Assembly: GCA_021774915.1 (NCBI GenBank)
Contig: JAJFIO010000033.1
Location: 1-51,996, forward strand
Direction of reading: 5' to 3'
From: Alphaproteobacteria bacterium
GTDB taxonomy: Bacteria > Pseudomonadota > Alphaproteobacteria > SMXP01
DNA: 51,996 nt
Notes under the pieces: model-generated
The model's input: only the letters and a program-made list of their open reading frames with translations
Databases searched by the model: none
Told to the model about the DNA's origin: nothing
Shown here: positions 16,982-26,412 of the stretch, in pieces
Numbering within the stretch: position 1 is the stretch's first letter
Layout: each line of letters opens with the position of its first letter
Translations under genes and position numbers: made by a program

Positions 16982-18367
16982 ATGAAAAAGACACTGAAAA
17001 TCTTCGGTCTTTCCGTCTGCATGGCAGTCGCAGGGACTTTGTTAGGTAACCTTCCCGCATCGCCGGTCAAGTCAGAAGCTCAGGCACAAGCCAAAGCCAC
17101 AACGCTGGACCAGCTGCTTAATCAGGTGCGTCAGGGACGACGCCAGGACAATGCGGTAAACCAAAAGAGAATCAATGACTTTCGCAATGCGCGCAATCGT
17201 CAAGCTGGCTTGCTGAGGCAGGCGGAAGCTGATGTTGCGCGTGAAGAGCAGATCAGTGAACAGCTAGAAGGCGTGTTCAACGCAAATGATTTGGTTTTGG
17301 GTGAGCTTGAGATTCAACTGGCCGAGCGGCTGGGTGCCTTTGGTGAACTCTTCGGTGTGGCGCGCCAGGTGGCGGGCGACACACGGGGACAATTGGATAA
17401 TTCTCTGGTTAGCGCACAATTCGCCAATCGCTCAGTGGTGCTCAATGCTATTGCCACGGACAAAGAATTGCCGACCATGGATCAACTCCGCCAGCTCTGG
17501 TACATGTTGCAGCTTGAGATGACTGAGCAGGGCAAAGTCGTGACCTTCGCCTCGAGAGTTGTCGATCAGGAAGGAAATCCGCGGGAAGAATCGGTAACCC
17601 GTATTGGTCCCTTCACGGCTATAGCCAATGGCAGATATCTGAATTTCGATTCGGAAATTCAGGAACTCGCGGACTTGTCGCGTCAACCTGCCGGATCCTG
17701 GTTAAGCGCCGCGGATCGACTGGAAGATGCTGATGAAGGCGAGATTGTCAGAGCGGCAATCGATCCATCAAGCGGCGCCATTCTCAGCCTCCTCGTTCAG
17801 ACTCCCTCGTTGATGGAACGGGTTAAGCAAGGCGGGATCGTGGGGTATGTCGTGATCGCTTTGGCTGGTATCGGTCTCCTGATCGGTTTTGAACGGATCT
17901 TCACACTGTCGGCGACGGCTTCGGCGGTCCGGCGGCAAGTGCGCAGTAAAAAGGCCGGCAAGGGTAATCCTTTGGGCCGCATTTTGCTGGCCTATGAAGA
18001 AAACCAGCATGCCGGTGTCGAAACCATAGAACTCAAACTCGATGAAGCCATTCTGCGTGAGACGCCAAAATTGGAGCGAGGGCTGAACACCTTGAAAGTT
18101 CTGGCCGGAGTCGCGCCACTTCTTGGCCTTCTCGGGACGGTGACGGGTATGATCGTCACTTTCCAGGCGATCACTTTGTTCGGAACAGGCGATCCCAAGT
18201 TGATGGCGGGTGGTATTTCTCAGGCGCTCGTCACCACGGTTCTGGGTCTGGTTGCGGCCATTCCGCTGCTGCTGTTGCACAGCATGGCGAGTGGACGGGC
18301 ACGCACGGTTCAGCAGATTCTGGAGGAGCAAAGCGCCGGACTCGTAGCTTCACAAGCAGAGGGTTAA
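16982..18367 (+). CDS. MotA/TolQ/ExbB-family proton channel protein, long form (TtpC-like)
   Basis: 461 aa with a signal/TM N-terminus and a large periplasmic part. The C-terminal ExbB motif is LAGVAPLLGLLGTVTGMIVTFQAI. Confidence 0.8.
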   Translation: MKKTLKIFGLSVCMAVAGTLLGNLPASPVKSEAQAQAKATTLDQLLNQVRQGRRQDNAVNQKRINDFRNARNRQAGLLRQAEADVAREEQISEQLEGVFNANDLVLGELEIQLAERLGAFGELFGVARQVAGDTRGQLDNSLVSAQFANRSVVLNAIATDKELPTMDQLRQLWYMLQLEMTEQGKVVTFASRVVDQEGNPREESVTRIGPFTAIANGRYLNFDSEIQELADLSRQPAGSWLSAADRLEDADEGEIVRAAIDPSSGAILSLLVQTPSLMERVKQGGIVGYVVIALAGIGLLIGFERIFTLSATASAVRRQVRSKKAGKGNPLGRILLAYEENQHAGVETIELKLDEAILRETPKLERGLNTLKVLAGVAPLLGLLGTVTGMIVTFQAITLFGTGDPKLMAGGISQALVTTVLGLVAAIPLLLLHSMASGRARTVQQILEEQSAGLVASQAEG

Positions 18368-18371
18368 GCCG

Positions 18372-18914
18372 ATGGAAGAGTTTCTCGAAGCTCTCAATCC
18401 GTTTGTGGTGTTGGGTGGCCTACGTAATTTCCTTGAGACGGGCGGAGACGTTCTGGTCGTCATCATGGGGGCCACTTTCATTCTCTGGGCCTTGATCGTG
18501 GAGCGATATTGGTATTTTTGGGGCGCTCATCGTAGCGTGGTCAAGAAGGCAACCAGTTCCTGGAGCGCCCGGACGGATCATACATCATGGTACGCCCACC
18601 AGATCAGGCGTCAGTTGCTGGCCGATGTCAGGATGAGCAGCACGTCAAATCTGAGCTCAATCAAGGCACTGGTGGCAGTGGCGCCATTGCTGGGTCTGCT
18701 CGGCACGGTCACGGGCATGGTGGAGGTTTTTGACGTGATGGCGTTCACCGGGTCGAGTAATGCCCGGGCGATGGCCGCCGGAGTGTCCAAGGCGACGATT
18801 CCGACCATGGCCGGCATGGTGGCTTCGCTTTCTGGTCTTTTCTTCAGTTCAGCCTTGGAGCGGCGAGCAAAACGCGAAATACAACGCGTGGCCGACTCCA
18901 TGGTCCTTCAATAA
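18372..18914 (+). CDS. exbB: ExbB/TolQ-family proton channel protein
   Basis: 180 aa with motif AVAPLLGLLGTVTGMVEVF and three TM segments. Confidence 0.85.
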   Translation: MEEFLEALNPFVVLGGLRNFLETGGDVLVVIMGATFILWALIVERYWYFWGAHRSVVKKATSSWSARTDHTSWYAHQIRRQLLADVRMSSTSNLSSIKALVAVAPLLGLLGTVTGMVEVFDVMAFTGSSNARAMAAGVSKATIPTMAGMVASLSGLFFSSALERRAKREIQRVADSMVLQ

Positions 18915-18926
18915 GGGAGCGCGCAT

Positions 18927-19331
18927 ATGCGCAAGCACGGAACAGCACCGGCGGAAGATGCGGAAGTCAACATGACCCCGATGCTCGACATCGTGTTCAT
19001 CATGCTGATCTTCTTTATCGTCACCGCCACTTTTATCCGGGAGACGGGTCTTGATGTTTCCCGGCCCGATACCGAAGAGAATAAACCAACCAAGCCAGCC
19101 AAAACCATTCTGATACAAATCAACAAAGAGAGTGAGATCTATATTCAGCGGCGGATCGTCGATTTACGTGCAGTACGCGCAAATATTGAACGTCTGCGGG
19201 CTGAAAATCCTAAATCGGCTGTATTGATTCAAGTGGAACGCGAAGCGGTCACAGGAGTTTTAGTATCAGTGATGGATCAGGCGCGTCAGGCGAATGCACC
19301 GGTTTCTATTGCTCCATTGGGGAACGAGTGA
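18927..19331 (+). CDS. exbD: ExbD/TolR-family protein (copy 1)
   Basis: 134 aa. NMTPMLDIVFIMLIFFIVTA is the TM motif typical of ExbD. Confidence 0.88.
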   Translation: MRKHGTAPAEDAEVNMTPMLDIVFIMLIFFIVTATFIRETGLDVSRPDTEENKPTKPAKTILIQINKESEIYIQRRIVDLRAVRANIERLRAENPKSAVLIQVEREAVTGVLVSVMDQARQANAPVSIAPLGNE

Positions 19332-19387
19332 TCACTTGATAAGTTTTTCATGAGCCCAGTGGTTGGATAAGATATAGGATAGCGGGA

Positions 19388-19795
19388 ATGAGACAAAAGG
19401 CGCAAAGAGAAGTCGAAGAAGAAGCGGAAATAAATATGACCCCGATGCTCGACATCGTGTTCATCATGCTCATCTTCTTTATTGTTACCGCCGTTTTCGT
19501 GAAAGAAGCGGGTAAGGAGATCACGAGGCCCGATGCGTTAACTGCTACCAGTGTTAAGCGCGTTTCCATGCTGATTGCGATTACAGATAACAATGAGATC
19601 TGGATTAATAAGTCTGAAACTAAATTGCGCGACGTACGCGCCGTCGTTGAAAAACTCAAAAAGGAAAATCCGCAGGGCGCTGTGGTGATTCAGGCTGACA
19701 AGGATTCACAATCGGGCATTGTCGTTGACATCATGGACCAGTTGAATGCTATCGGGGTTCCCAGCGTTCATATTGCGGCTGAAGAGGATAATTAA
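19388..19795 (+). CDS. exbD: ExbD/TolR-family protein (copy 2)
   Basis: 135 aa with the same NMTPMLDIVFIMLIFFIVTA motif. It is a tandem paralog of the previous gene. Confidence 0.88.
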   Translation: MRQKAQREVEEEAEINMTPMLDIVFIMLIFFIVTAVFVKEAGKEITRPDALTATSVKRVSMLIAITDNNEIWINKSETKLRDVRAVVEKLKKENPQGAVVIQADKDSQSGIVVDIMDQLNAIGVPSVHIAAEEDN

Positions 19796-19797
19796 GC

Positions 19798-20400
19798 ATG
19801 GTGCGTTTTATTATCGGATTACCGTTTGCCGGGGCCATCACTATCGCATTGTTCTTGCTGATGCGTTATCTCGTATTGCCTGGCGATGAGCCGATCGAGG
19901 AGGTCGTGAGCGGCCCCAAGATTGATATCACGCGCCCGGAGCGTGATGAGAATACGCAGGCGCGCGATCGCAACAAGCCGGCCCGACCGAAAAAGCAGAG
20001 TCAGCCGCCGCCGCCGCCGCCCATGCAAATGGACAAAAACGTCAAGCCGATGAGCAACACGATGTCGATGTCCATGCCGGATTTCGATTCGGATCTGAAC
20101 CTGTCGGCGCTGGGCGCGCCCAGTGACAGGACAGCGACGCCGCTTGTCCGAATTCCACCGCAATATCCCCAGCGCGCCGCTTCACGCGGTACAGAGGGGT
20201 GGGTGCTGGTTGAGTTTACCATTACGCCTGCGGGAACCGTTACGGATGCGGTGGTGATTGATGCCGATCCTGCGAGTATCTTTGATAGGTCAGCTCTGCG
20301 CGCTATCGCTAAATGGAAATATAGGCCCAAGATCGTCGATCAGAAGCCCGTGGCTCAATACGGTATGCAGCAGTTAATTTCGTATGAGCTAGAACAATAG
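19798..20400 (+). CDS. tonB: TonB-family energy transducer
   Basis: N-terminal TM anchor, a Pro-rich spacer (QPPPPPPMQ) and a C-terminal TonB domain (PQYPQRAASRGTEGWVLVEFTITPAGTV...AKWKYRP). Confidence 0.88.
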   Translation: MVRFIIGLPFAGAITIALFLLMRYLVLPGDEPIEEVVSGPKIDITRPERDENTQARDRNKPARPKKQSQPPPPPPMQMDKNVKPMSNTMSMSMPDFDSDLNLSALGAPSDRTATPLVRIPPQYPQRAASRGTEGWVLVEFTITPAGTVTDAVVIDADPASIFDRSALRAIAKWKYRPKIVDQKPVAQYGMQQLISYELEQ

Positions 20401-20521
20401 TGACGGGTAATCAGGGACGGCAAGTTAAGGCCTGAACAAACGTGTAAGTGATCTGGCGCTGTGGAACTTAAGTTTAAGAAGGGGTGGGGATCATGATCTT
20501 TTATGCCTCTGGAGGAAACGG

Positions 20522-21958
20522 ATGTCTTCTCAAGTAATGTCTTCTCGAACAAGAACCGGGTCCCGGATGCTTCGGTGCATGGCTCTGGCATGTCTTGTCG
20601 GTGCGGGTGTGCTGGCGGCGCCGTTTGCACCCGAAGATAATTTTTTCAGTGCAGCTTATGCGCAGAAAAAAGAAAAGCCCAAGGCCAAGCGAACGGAAAC
20701 CTTATCCAAACCTGCTTATGAAATTATTATAAAAGCGCAGGAGGCGCTTCAGGCCGAACTGGATTCGGTGGCGTTGGCTGAAGTCAACAAAATTCTCTCC
20801 AATTGCTCGAAGTATAAACCGTATGATTGTGCCGTAGCTCACCAAACGCGCGGCTATGTTTACGCCAACCAGGATAATTACCGCGCTTCGGCGCAGGAAT
20901 TTGAAGCGGCCCTCTCTTCGGGCACTCTGGCGGATTATACAGCGCTCGATCTGCGTTACAATTTGGCGCAGCTTTATCTCGGGATGGAGCAGTACACCAA
21001 GGCAATCCAGAGCCTGGAGATCTGGTTCCGGCAGGCGGAAAACCCGGGTGCTGAGGCTCTGTTTCTAGCTGCCCAGGCTTATGCTCTGGTAGATCGTTTG
21101 AGCGAAGCACTGACCTATGCCGAACGCGGCATGGCCAAAGCCCTGGAGCCGCGCGAGAACTGGTATCGTCTGACGCTGGCCATCTATCTTGAGTTGGAAA
21201 AATTCAACCCAGCGCTCCCGCTTCTCGAAAAAATGGTGACGAACTGGCCGACCAAAAAAGAATATTTTTCTCAGCTGGGTGCGCTTTATCAGGAAAAGGA
21301 TCGCCACAAGGATTCATTCGCCATGCTGGCGCTCGCCTATAACAATAATCTCCTGAATAAGAGCGATGAGTTTGTGCGTCTTGCGCAACTCTACCGTTTT
21401 TATGATTACCCTTATAAGGCAGCAAAAATCCTCGAAAAGGAAATCGGCGCCGGGCGGATTAAGAAAAATAAGAAGAACTGGGAAGAACTTGGCATGGCCT
21501 GGTTACAGGCGCGTGAGCATAAAAAGGCTTTGCGGCCACTTACCAACGCGGCAGCGCTGGCAAAAGATGGCGATATCTATCTGCTGCTCTGTCAGACTTA
21601 TTTTCAGGATGAGGAATACGCTAAGGCTGCCCGTGACTGCCAGAATGCGGTCAACAAAGGCGGCCTCAAAACTAACGGCGGGACCGCCTATCAATTACTG
21701 GGTATCGCCCTCGACAATCAGGACAAAAAGGAAGAGGCGGTCAAAGCGTTTGAGCGTTGCCTCGATTGGGAATCCACAGAAAGAGATTGCCGTCGCTGGG
21801 TGCGCCATGTGAACTCCAAAATTGAGTATGAACGCAAGGAAATTGAGCGTCAGGCCGCTGTCCAGGCTGACGCCGAAGCACGCGCGAAAAAGCAAGAAGA
21901 AGATATCAATCGTGTTCTTCAGCAAAGCGGTGATTTTGGAGAGACGATTGATCAGTAA
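20522..21958 (+). CDS. Secreted TPR-repeat protein (TtpD-like, last gene of TonB2-type system)
   Basis: A signal peptide is followed by multiple 34-aa TPR-like repeats (A..Y..A). The position after tonB matches TonB2-cluster organisation. An alternative start is at 20567. Confidence 0.65.
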   Translation: MSSQVMSSRTRTGSRMLRCMALACLVGAGVLAAPFAPEDNFFSAAYAQKKEKPKAKRTETLSKPAYEIIIKAQEALQAELDSVALAEVNKILSNCSKYKPYDCAVAHQTRGYVYANQDNYRASAQEFEAALSSGTLADYTALDLRYNLAQLYLGMEQYTKAIQSLEIWFRQAENPGAEALFLAAQAYALVDRLSEALTYAERGMAKALEPRENWYRLTLAIYLELEKFNPALPLLEKMVTNWPTKKEYFSQLGALYQEKDRHKDSFAMLALAYNNNLLNKSDEFVRLAQLYRFYDYPYKAAKILEKEIGAGRIKKNKKNWEELGMAWLQAREHKKALRPLTNAAALAKDGDIYLLLCQTYFQDEEYAKAARDCQNAVNKGGLKTNGGTAYQLLGIALDNQDKKEEAVKAFERCLDWESTERDCRRWVRHVNSKIEYERKEIERQAAVQADAEARAKKQEEDINRVLQQSGDFGETIDQ

Positions 21959-21990
21959 GCGCCTGATCTCATCAGATTGATTCAATTTAA

Positions 21991-22019
21991 GGCGGGAGCA
22001 TTTTTGCTTCCGCCTTTTT
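21991..22019. terminator. Rho-independent terminator between convergent genes
   Basis: GGCGGGAGC-attttt-GCTTCCGCC (9-bp stem with one G-U pair) followed by TTTTT. It sits between the TPR gene stop (21958) and the ptrB stop (22051). Confidence 0.7.
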
Positions 22020-22050
22020 CATGCCGTAATGGCGTGTGCGATGCACCCCA

Positions 22051-24159
22051 TCACCCCTTATCATTCACCATCAAGGCGAAGGCGGTGGTGAGGGCGATTT
22101 CTTTAAGGTGATCGAAACGGCCTGCCGCCCCGGCGTGGCCTGCTTCCATATTCGTTTTCAGCAGCACAAGACTATCCCCCACTTTCGTGGCGCGCAGCTT
22201 TGCGACCCATTTCGCCGGTTCCCAATAGGTCACGCGCGGATCGGTGAGGCCTGCCGTCGCCAGAATATGTGGGTAACTCTGTGCACTGACATTGTCATAA
22301 GGCGAATAGGATTTGATGTATTCAAAAGCATTTTTGTCTGTGATGGGGTTGCCCCATTCGGGCCATTCGGGCGGTGTGAGGGGCAAGGTTTTATCGCACA
22401 TGGTATTCAGCACATCGACAAAGGGCACGTCGGCGATGATGCCGCGAAAAAGTTCGGGCGCCATATTTGCGACCGCTCCCATCAGCATCCCCCCGGCGCT
22501 GCCCCCGTGTGCGACGATGTGGCCACGGCTTGTAAATCCTTGTTTTACAAGGGTATTTCCGGCCGCGATAAAGTCAGTGAACGAGTTAATTTTCTGGTCG
22601 CGCTTGCCTTTGCGATACCATCCATAGCCCAGCGCTTTGCTGCCGCGTATATGGGCAATGGCGTAAATAAAACCGCGATCGACCAGCGACAAACGCGTCG
22701 TGGAAAACCCGGCGGGGATCGTGTGGCCATAAGCGCCATAGCCGTAAAGCAGCACAGGCGCCGTGCCATCAAGTTTTGTTATCCGATGGTAAAGCAGGGT
22801 GACGGGGACATCGGCGCCGTCTTCAGTCCGGGCCATGATGCGCCTGGTGACGTAGTCATCTGGATCATGGCCGCTCGGCACTTCTTGTGTTTTGCGTAAA
22901 GTGCGCTTTTTAGTCTTCATATTGTAATCAAAGACTTGCTGCGGGGTGGTTGGTGAGGAATAAGAAAAGCGCATCATGTCGGTTTCAAATTCATACCCAG
23001 GTATCAAAGAGAGGCTGAAGGCTTCTTCTTCAAAGGCAATTGTGTGGTTTTCTATCGCTCCCCCTTGGTCATTAAGCCGGGTGACGACGATCCGTGGCAG
23101 GCCGCCAAAGCGCTCCAGCCGCACATGAAAATGATGGAAGGCAAGCTGGCTCAAAATCAGGCAGCCGGGGCGATGTACAATGAAAGACGCCCAGTGATTG
23201 CGCTCCGGCGCGTTAATGGGCGCCGTCATAATTGCAAAATCTTCCGCCTCGTCCGCATTGGTCAGAATAAAGAACGTCTCTGCGATGTCGGTGATCTCGT
23301 ATTGTAAGCCCGGCGTCCGGGGCGCGATGAGCTTAGGTGTGCTCTGGGGGGCGTGGGCTGGAATGCACCAAACCTCACTGGTTTCATGATCATGGGCGGA
23401 AATGAGGATGAATCGACCGCTTTCGGATTTATCGACACCGACAAAAAAGCCCGGATCCTTTTCTTCATAGACCAGCATATCCTTGTCATCAGGCGTGCCC
23501 ACGATGTGGAGAAACACTTTGTTCGGGCGGTGATTGTCATCAAGCGTCGTATAAAAAAGAGATCTGCTATCGGAACCCCAAGCTACGTGCCCGGTTGTCC
23601 CGGGGAGGAGATCGCTTAGGTCATCGCCTGTTTGGGTATCGCGCAGGGCAATGGTGAAATATTCCGAACCTTTGTCATCCACGCTAAACGCGATGAGCTT
23701 GTGGTCGGGGCTATGGTCGCAGTCACCAATATTGAAATAAGAACTATCGCCGGCTTGTATGTCGCCATCGAGCAGGATTTCTTCTTTATTTCCGTTTTTG
23801 TGTTTGCGGCAGAAGATCGGATGCTGACCGCCGGTGCGGTATTTCATGAAATATTTGAAACGCCCATCAGGCGCGGGCACGGTGGAGTCGTCCTCCCGGA
23901 TCCGGCCTTTCATCTCGGCGAAAAGGGCATCTTGGAGCTTTTGCGTGGGCGCCATCACTGCTTTGCAATAAGCGTTTTCCGCATCGAGATATGTTCGAAT
24001 ATCAGGCGCCAGGGCGCCGGGCTCACGCATAACTTCTTGCCAGTTGTCATCGCGCAGCCAGGCATAAGGATCGTCGCGCGTCTGCCCATGGAGCGTGATA
24101 GGGTGGGGGCGTGTTTCGGCTGTGGGCGGGGTGAGCAATGCAGGCATGCGCTTCGCCAT
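22051..24159 (-). CDS. ptrB: Oligopeptidase B (protease II), S9A prolyl oligopeptidase family
   Basis: 702 aa. The N-terminus has the DPYAWLRD motif, followed by a beta-propeller region. The C-terminal catalytic block is GGSAGGMLMG, with LTDPRVTYWEPAKW. Confidence 0.88.
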   Translation of the reverse strand: MAKRMPALLTPPTAETRPHPITLHGQTRDDPYAWLRDDNWQEVMREPGALAPDIRTYLDAENAYCKAVMAPTQKLQDALFAEMKGRIREDDSTVPAPDGRFKYFMKYRTGGQHPIFCRKHKNGNKEEILLDGDIQAGDSSYFNIGDCDHSPDHKLIAFSVDDKGSEYFTIALRDTQTGDDLSDLLPGTTGHVAWGSDSRSLFYTTLDDNHRPNKVFLHIVGTPDDKDMLVYEEKDPGFFVGVDKSESGRFILISAHDHETSEVWCIPAHAPQSTPKLIAPRTPGLQYEITDIAETFFILTNADEAEDFAIMTAPINAPERNHWASFIVHRPGCLILSQLAFHHFHVRLERFGGLPRIVVTRLNDQGGAIENHTIAFEEEAFSLSLIPGYEFETDMMRFSYSSPTTPQQVFDYNMKTKKRTLRKTQEVPSGHDPDDYVTRRIMARTEDGADVPVTLLYHRITKLDGTAPVLLYGYGAYGHTIPAGFSTTRLSLVDRGFIYAIAHIRGSKALGYGWYRKGKRDQKINSFTDFIAAGNTLVKQGFTSRGHIVAHGGSAGGMLMGAVANMAPELFRGIIADVPFVDVLNTMCDKTLPLTPPEWPEWGNPITDKNAFEYIKSYSPYDNVSAQSYPHILATAGLTDPRVTYWEPAKWVAKLRATKVGDSLVLLKTNMEAGHAGAAGRFDHLKEIALTTAFALMVNDKG

Positions 24160-24208
24160 GATTCAGGAGCCTCTGGAGTAAATATGAAACGGGGGGTGGG
24201 CCGGTCGT

Positions 24209-24607
24209 CTACCCTTCGTCTTTATCAAGATGAAGGGACGTGCCGTTGATGCAGTAGCGCAGTCCCGTGGGCTGTGGTCCATCGGGAAAGACATGGCCGA
24301 GATGGGCTTCACAGTGAGAGCAGACAACTTCGGTGCGCTGTGACAGAAGGCTGTGGTCTGCGCGTTCTTCAACGGCATCTGCCGAGAGGGGCTGGAAATA
24401 ACTAGGCCATCCTGTGCCTGAATCATATTTCGCCTCCGAGCTGAAAAGCGGTGTGCCGCAACAGATGCATTTATACGTGCCTTTGTCTTTTACATCCCAG
24501 TAAGGTCCGGTAAAGGCGCGTTCGGTTCCGCCTTGGCGCGTCACCTCATATTGTTCAGGCGTGAGATGGGATTGCCATTCCTCATCTGTTTTAGGTGTTT
24601 TACTCAT
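24209..24607 (-). CDS. msrB: Peptide-methionine (R)-S-oxide reductase
   Basis: CxxC pairs (CICCGTPLF and [12 protein letters not shown]), GWPSY and GLRYC motifs. Confidence 0.92.
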   Translation of the reverse strand: MSKTPKTDEEWQSHLTPEQYEVTRQGGTERAFTGPYWDVKDKGTYKCICCGTPLFSSEAKYDSGTGWPSYFQPLSADAVEERADHSLLSQRTEVVCSHCEAHLGHVFPDGPQPTGLRYCINGTSLHLDKDEG

Positions 24608-24636
24608 CTCTTTTGTGCTTCCTCAGTTTGGTTCAG

Positions 24637-26253
24637 TCATGGCGCCGATTTCAGGATCATGTCAGCCGCCTTTTCGGCAATCATGATGGTGGGCGCATTG
24701 GTGTTGCCCGAGGGAATGAGCGGCATCACGGAGGCATCGACAACCCGCAGATGCGACAAGCCGTGTACGCGCAGTTCAGCATCGACAACGGCCATGGGAT
24801 CTGAGCTTGCGCCCATGCGGCAGGTACCGGTGGGGTGGTAGATGGTGGAGCCGGCATTTCGGGCAAATTCCAACAGGTCTTCATCGGTTTTGGCTTCGGG
24901 ACCGGGAGAGACTTCATGACCGAGAAATGAATCAAGTGCCGACTGATTGGCGATGGTTCTTCCCCATTTCAATCCGGCCACAATCACCTGCTGATCGCGG
25001 GGGGAGTCCAGATAATTGGGCTCAATGGCGGGGGGTTCCTCCGGGGAGGGGGATGAGATTCTGATCGAGCCCCGGCTCTCAGGGTTCAGAATGATGGGGG
25101 CTAGAGTGAGTCCCGGCTCGCGCTCCAGTTCGAATTTTCCTTCGCTCAAAAATTTATCGGAATCGAGCGTGCCGGGCAAAATGCAGAACTGGATATCGGG
25201 TGTTTCCAGATCGGGGCGCGATTTGGCGAAAGCAAAAACATGGGCTGGACTCATGGTCAGCAGGCCCTTGCGTAAAAGTGCCCATTTGGCGATTTCCTTC
25301 ACAAGGGGCCAACCGCGCGAGCGCTCATTGAGGCTGCCTTTGGTGATCACCCGGTAAAGAAGGCCGGCGATAAAGTGGTCCTGTAGGTTCTCGCCGACAC
25401 CAGGCAGGTGGTGTACGGTCTCGATCTTAAGGGACCGCAGGTGCTCTCCCGCACCAATGCCCGAGAGTTGCAGGAGTTGAGGCGAGTTAATGGCGCCGCC
25501 GCACAAGATGATTTCTTTTTCCGCACGGGCTTCCAAATCCTGTCCGTCTTGGCGGTAGGAGACACCTATGGCCCGGCGTCCGCGAAAAAGTATGCGCTTC
25601 GCCAGCGCATGCGTCTCCACAGTTAGATTGGGGCGTTTCATGACCGGATGCAGATACGCCACCGCCGCACTGACGCGTTTGCCATTTTTTACGGTGAGCT
25701 GGTAATAGCCGATGCCCTCCTGGCTCGCGCCATTGGGATCGGGATTTTTCGGTAAGCCAGCCTCCACGCCCGCTTTGACCACCGCATCGCTGATGGGATT
25801 GGATTCGGTAACATCGGTGACCGATAGAGGGCCGCCTGTGCCGTGAAACGCATCGGCGCCGTGCTGTTGATCTTCCGCTTTTTTAAAATAGGGCAGGACA
25901 TCATCCCACCCCCAACCGGTATTGCCCATTTGGCGCCAGCCATCATAATCCTGAGATTGTCCGCGGATATAAAGCAGGCCGTTGATGGAGCTGGAGCCGC
26001 CCAGCACCTTGCCACGCGGCCAGACATGGACCCGGTCTTTGGTGCCGGGGGTGGGCTGGGTTTTATAGAGCCAATTGACTTTGGGGTCCTTGATGGTATG
26101 GGAATAGCCCGCCGGAATATGGATCAGTGGGCTGCTATCAGGCCCCCCGGCCTCCAGAAGAAGAACACGGGTTTGGGGATCGGCCGATAGCCGATTGGCC
26201 AATACACAGCCCGCCGACCCTGCGCCAATAATGATGTAGTCATATTGGGCCAT
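24637..26253 (-). CDS. GMC-family FAD oxidoreductase (choline dehydrogenase-like)
   Basis: N-terminal [29 protein letters not shown], and a C-terminal TCRMG...VVDASVMP...[15 protein letters not shown]. Confidence 0.88.
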   Translation of the reverse strand: MAQYDYIIIGAGSAGCVLANRLSADPQTRVLLLEAGGPDSSPLIHIPAGYSHTIKDPKVNWLYKTQPTPGTKDRVHVWPRGKVLGGSSSINGLLYIRGQSQDYDGWRQMGNTGWGWDDVLPYFKKAEDQQHGADAFHGTGGPLSVTDVTESNPISDAVVKAGVEAGLPKNPDPNGASQEGIGYYQLTVKNGKRVSAAVAYLHPVMKRPNLTVETHALAKRILFRGRRAIGVSYRQDGQDLEARAEKEIILCGGAINSPQLLQLSGIGAGEHLRSLKIETVHHLPGVGENLQDHFIAGLLYRVITKGSLNERSRGWPLVKEIAKWALLRKGLLTMSPAHVFAFAKSRPDLETPDIQFCILPGTLDSDKFLSEGKFELEREPGLTLAPIILNPESRGSIRISSPSPEEPPAIEPNYLDSPRDQQVIVAGLKWGRTIANQSALDSFLGHEVSPGPEAKTDEDLLEFARNAGSTIYHPTGTCRMGASSDPMAVVDAELRVHGLSHLRVVDASVMPLIPSGNTNAPTIMIAEKAADMILKSAP

Positions 26254-26412
26254 ATGGAGCGCCTTCTTCTTTCTTTCCTAAAAACGTGGGGTCTTGATCC
26301 CTCTTACGCTCTATAATGATGACTTAGAGGCAATGGGGTCAATGGATTTAAAAGGATTTTCCTCAATAAAGGTGCGGCGTAAAGGTGCTTTTTCACCCCA
26401 TGTGCATACGGA

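Noticed and set aside
20005-20022. (CCG)5CCC trinucleotide repeat
   Set aside because: It encodes the poly-proline spacer of TonB (QPPPPPPM). This is an ordinary feature of the protein. It could vary in length by slippage, but nothing suggests phase variation.
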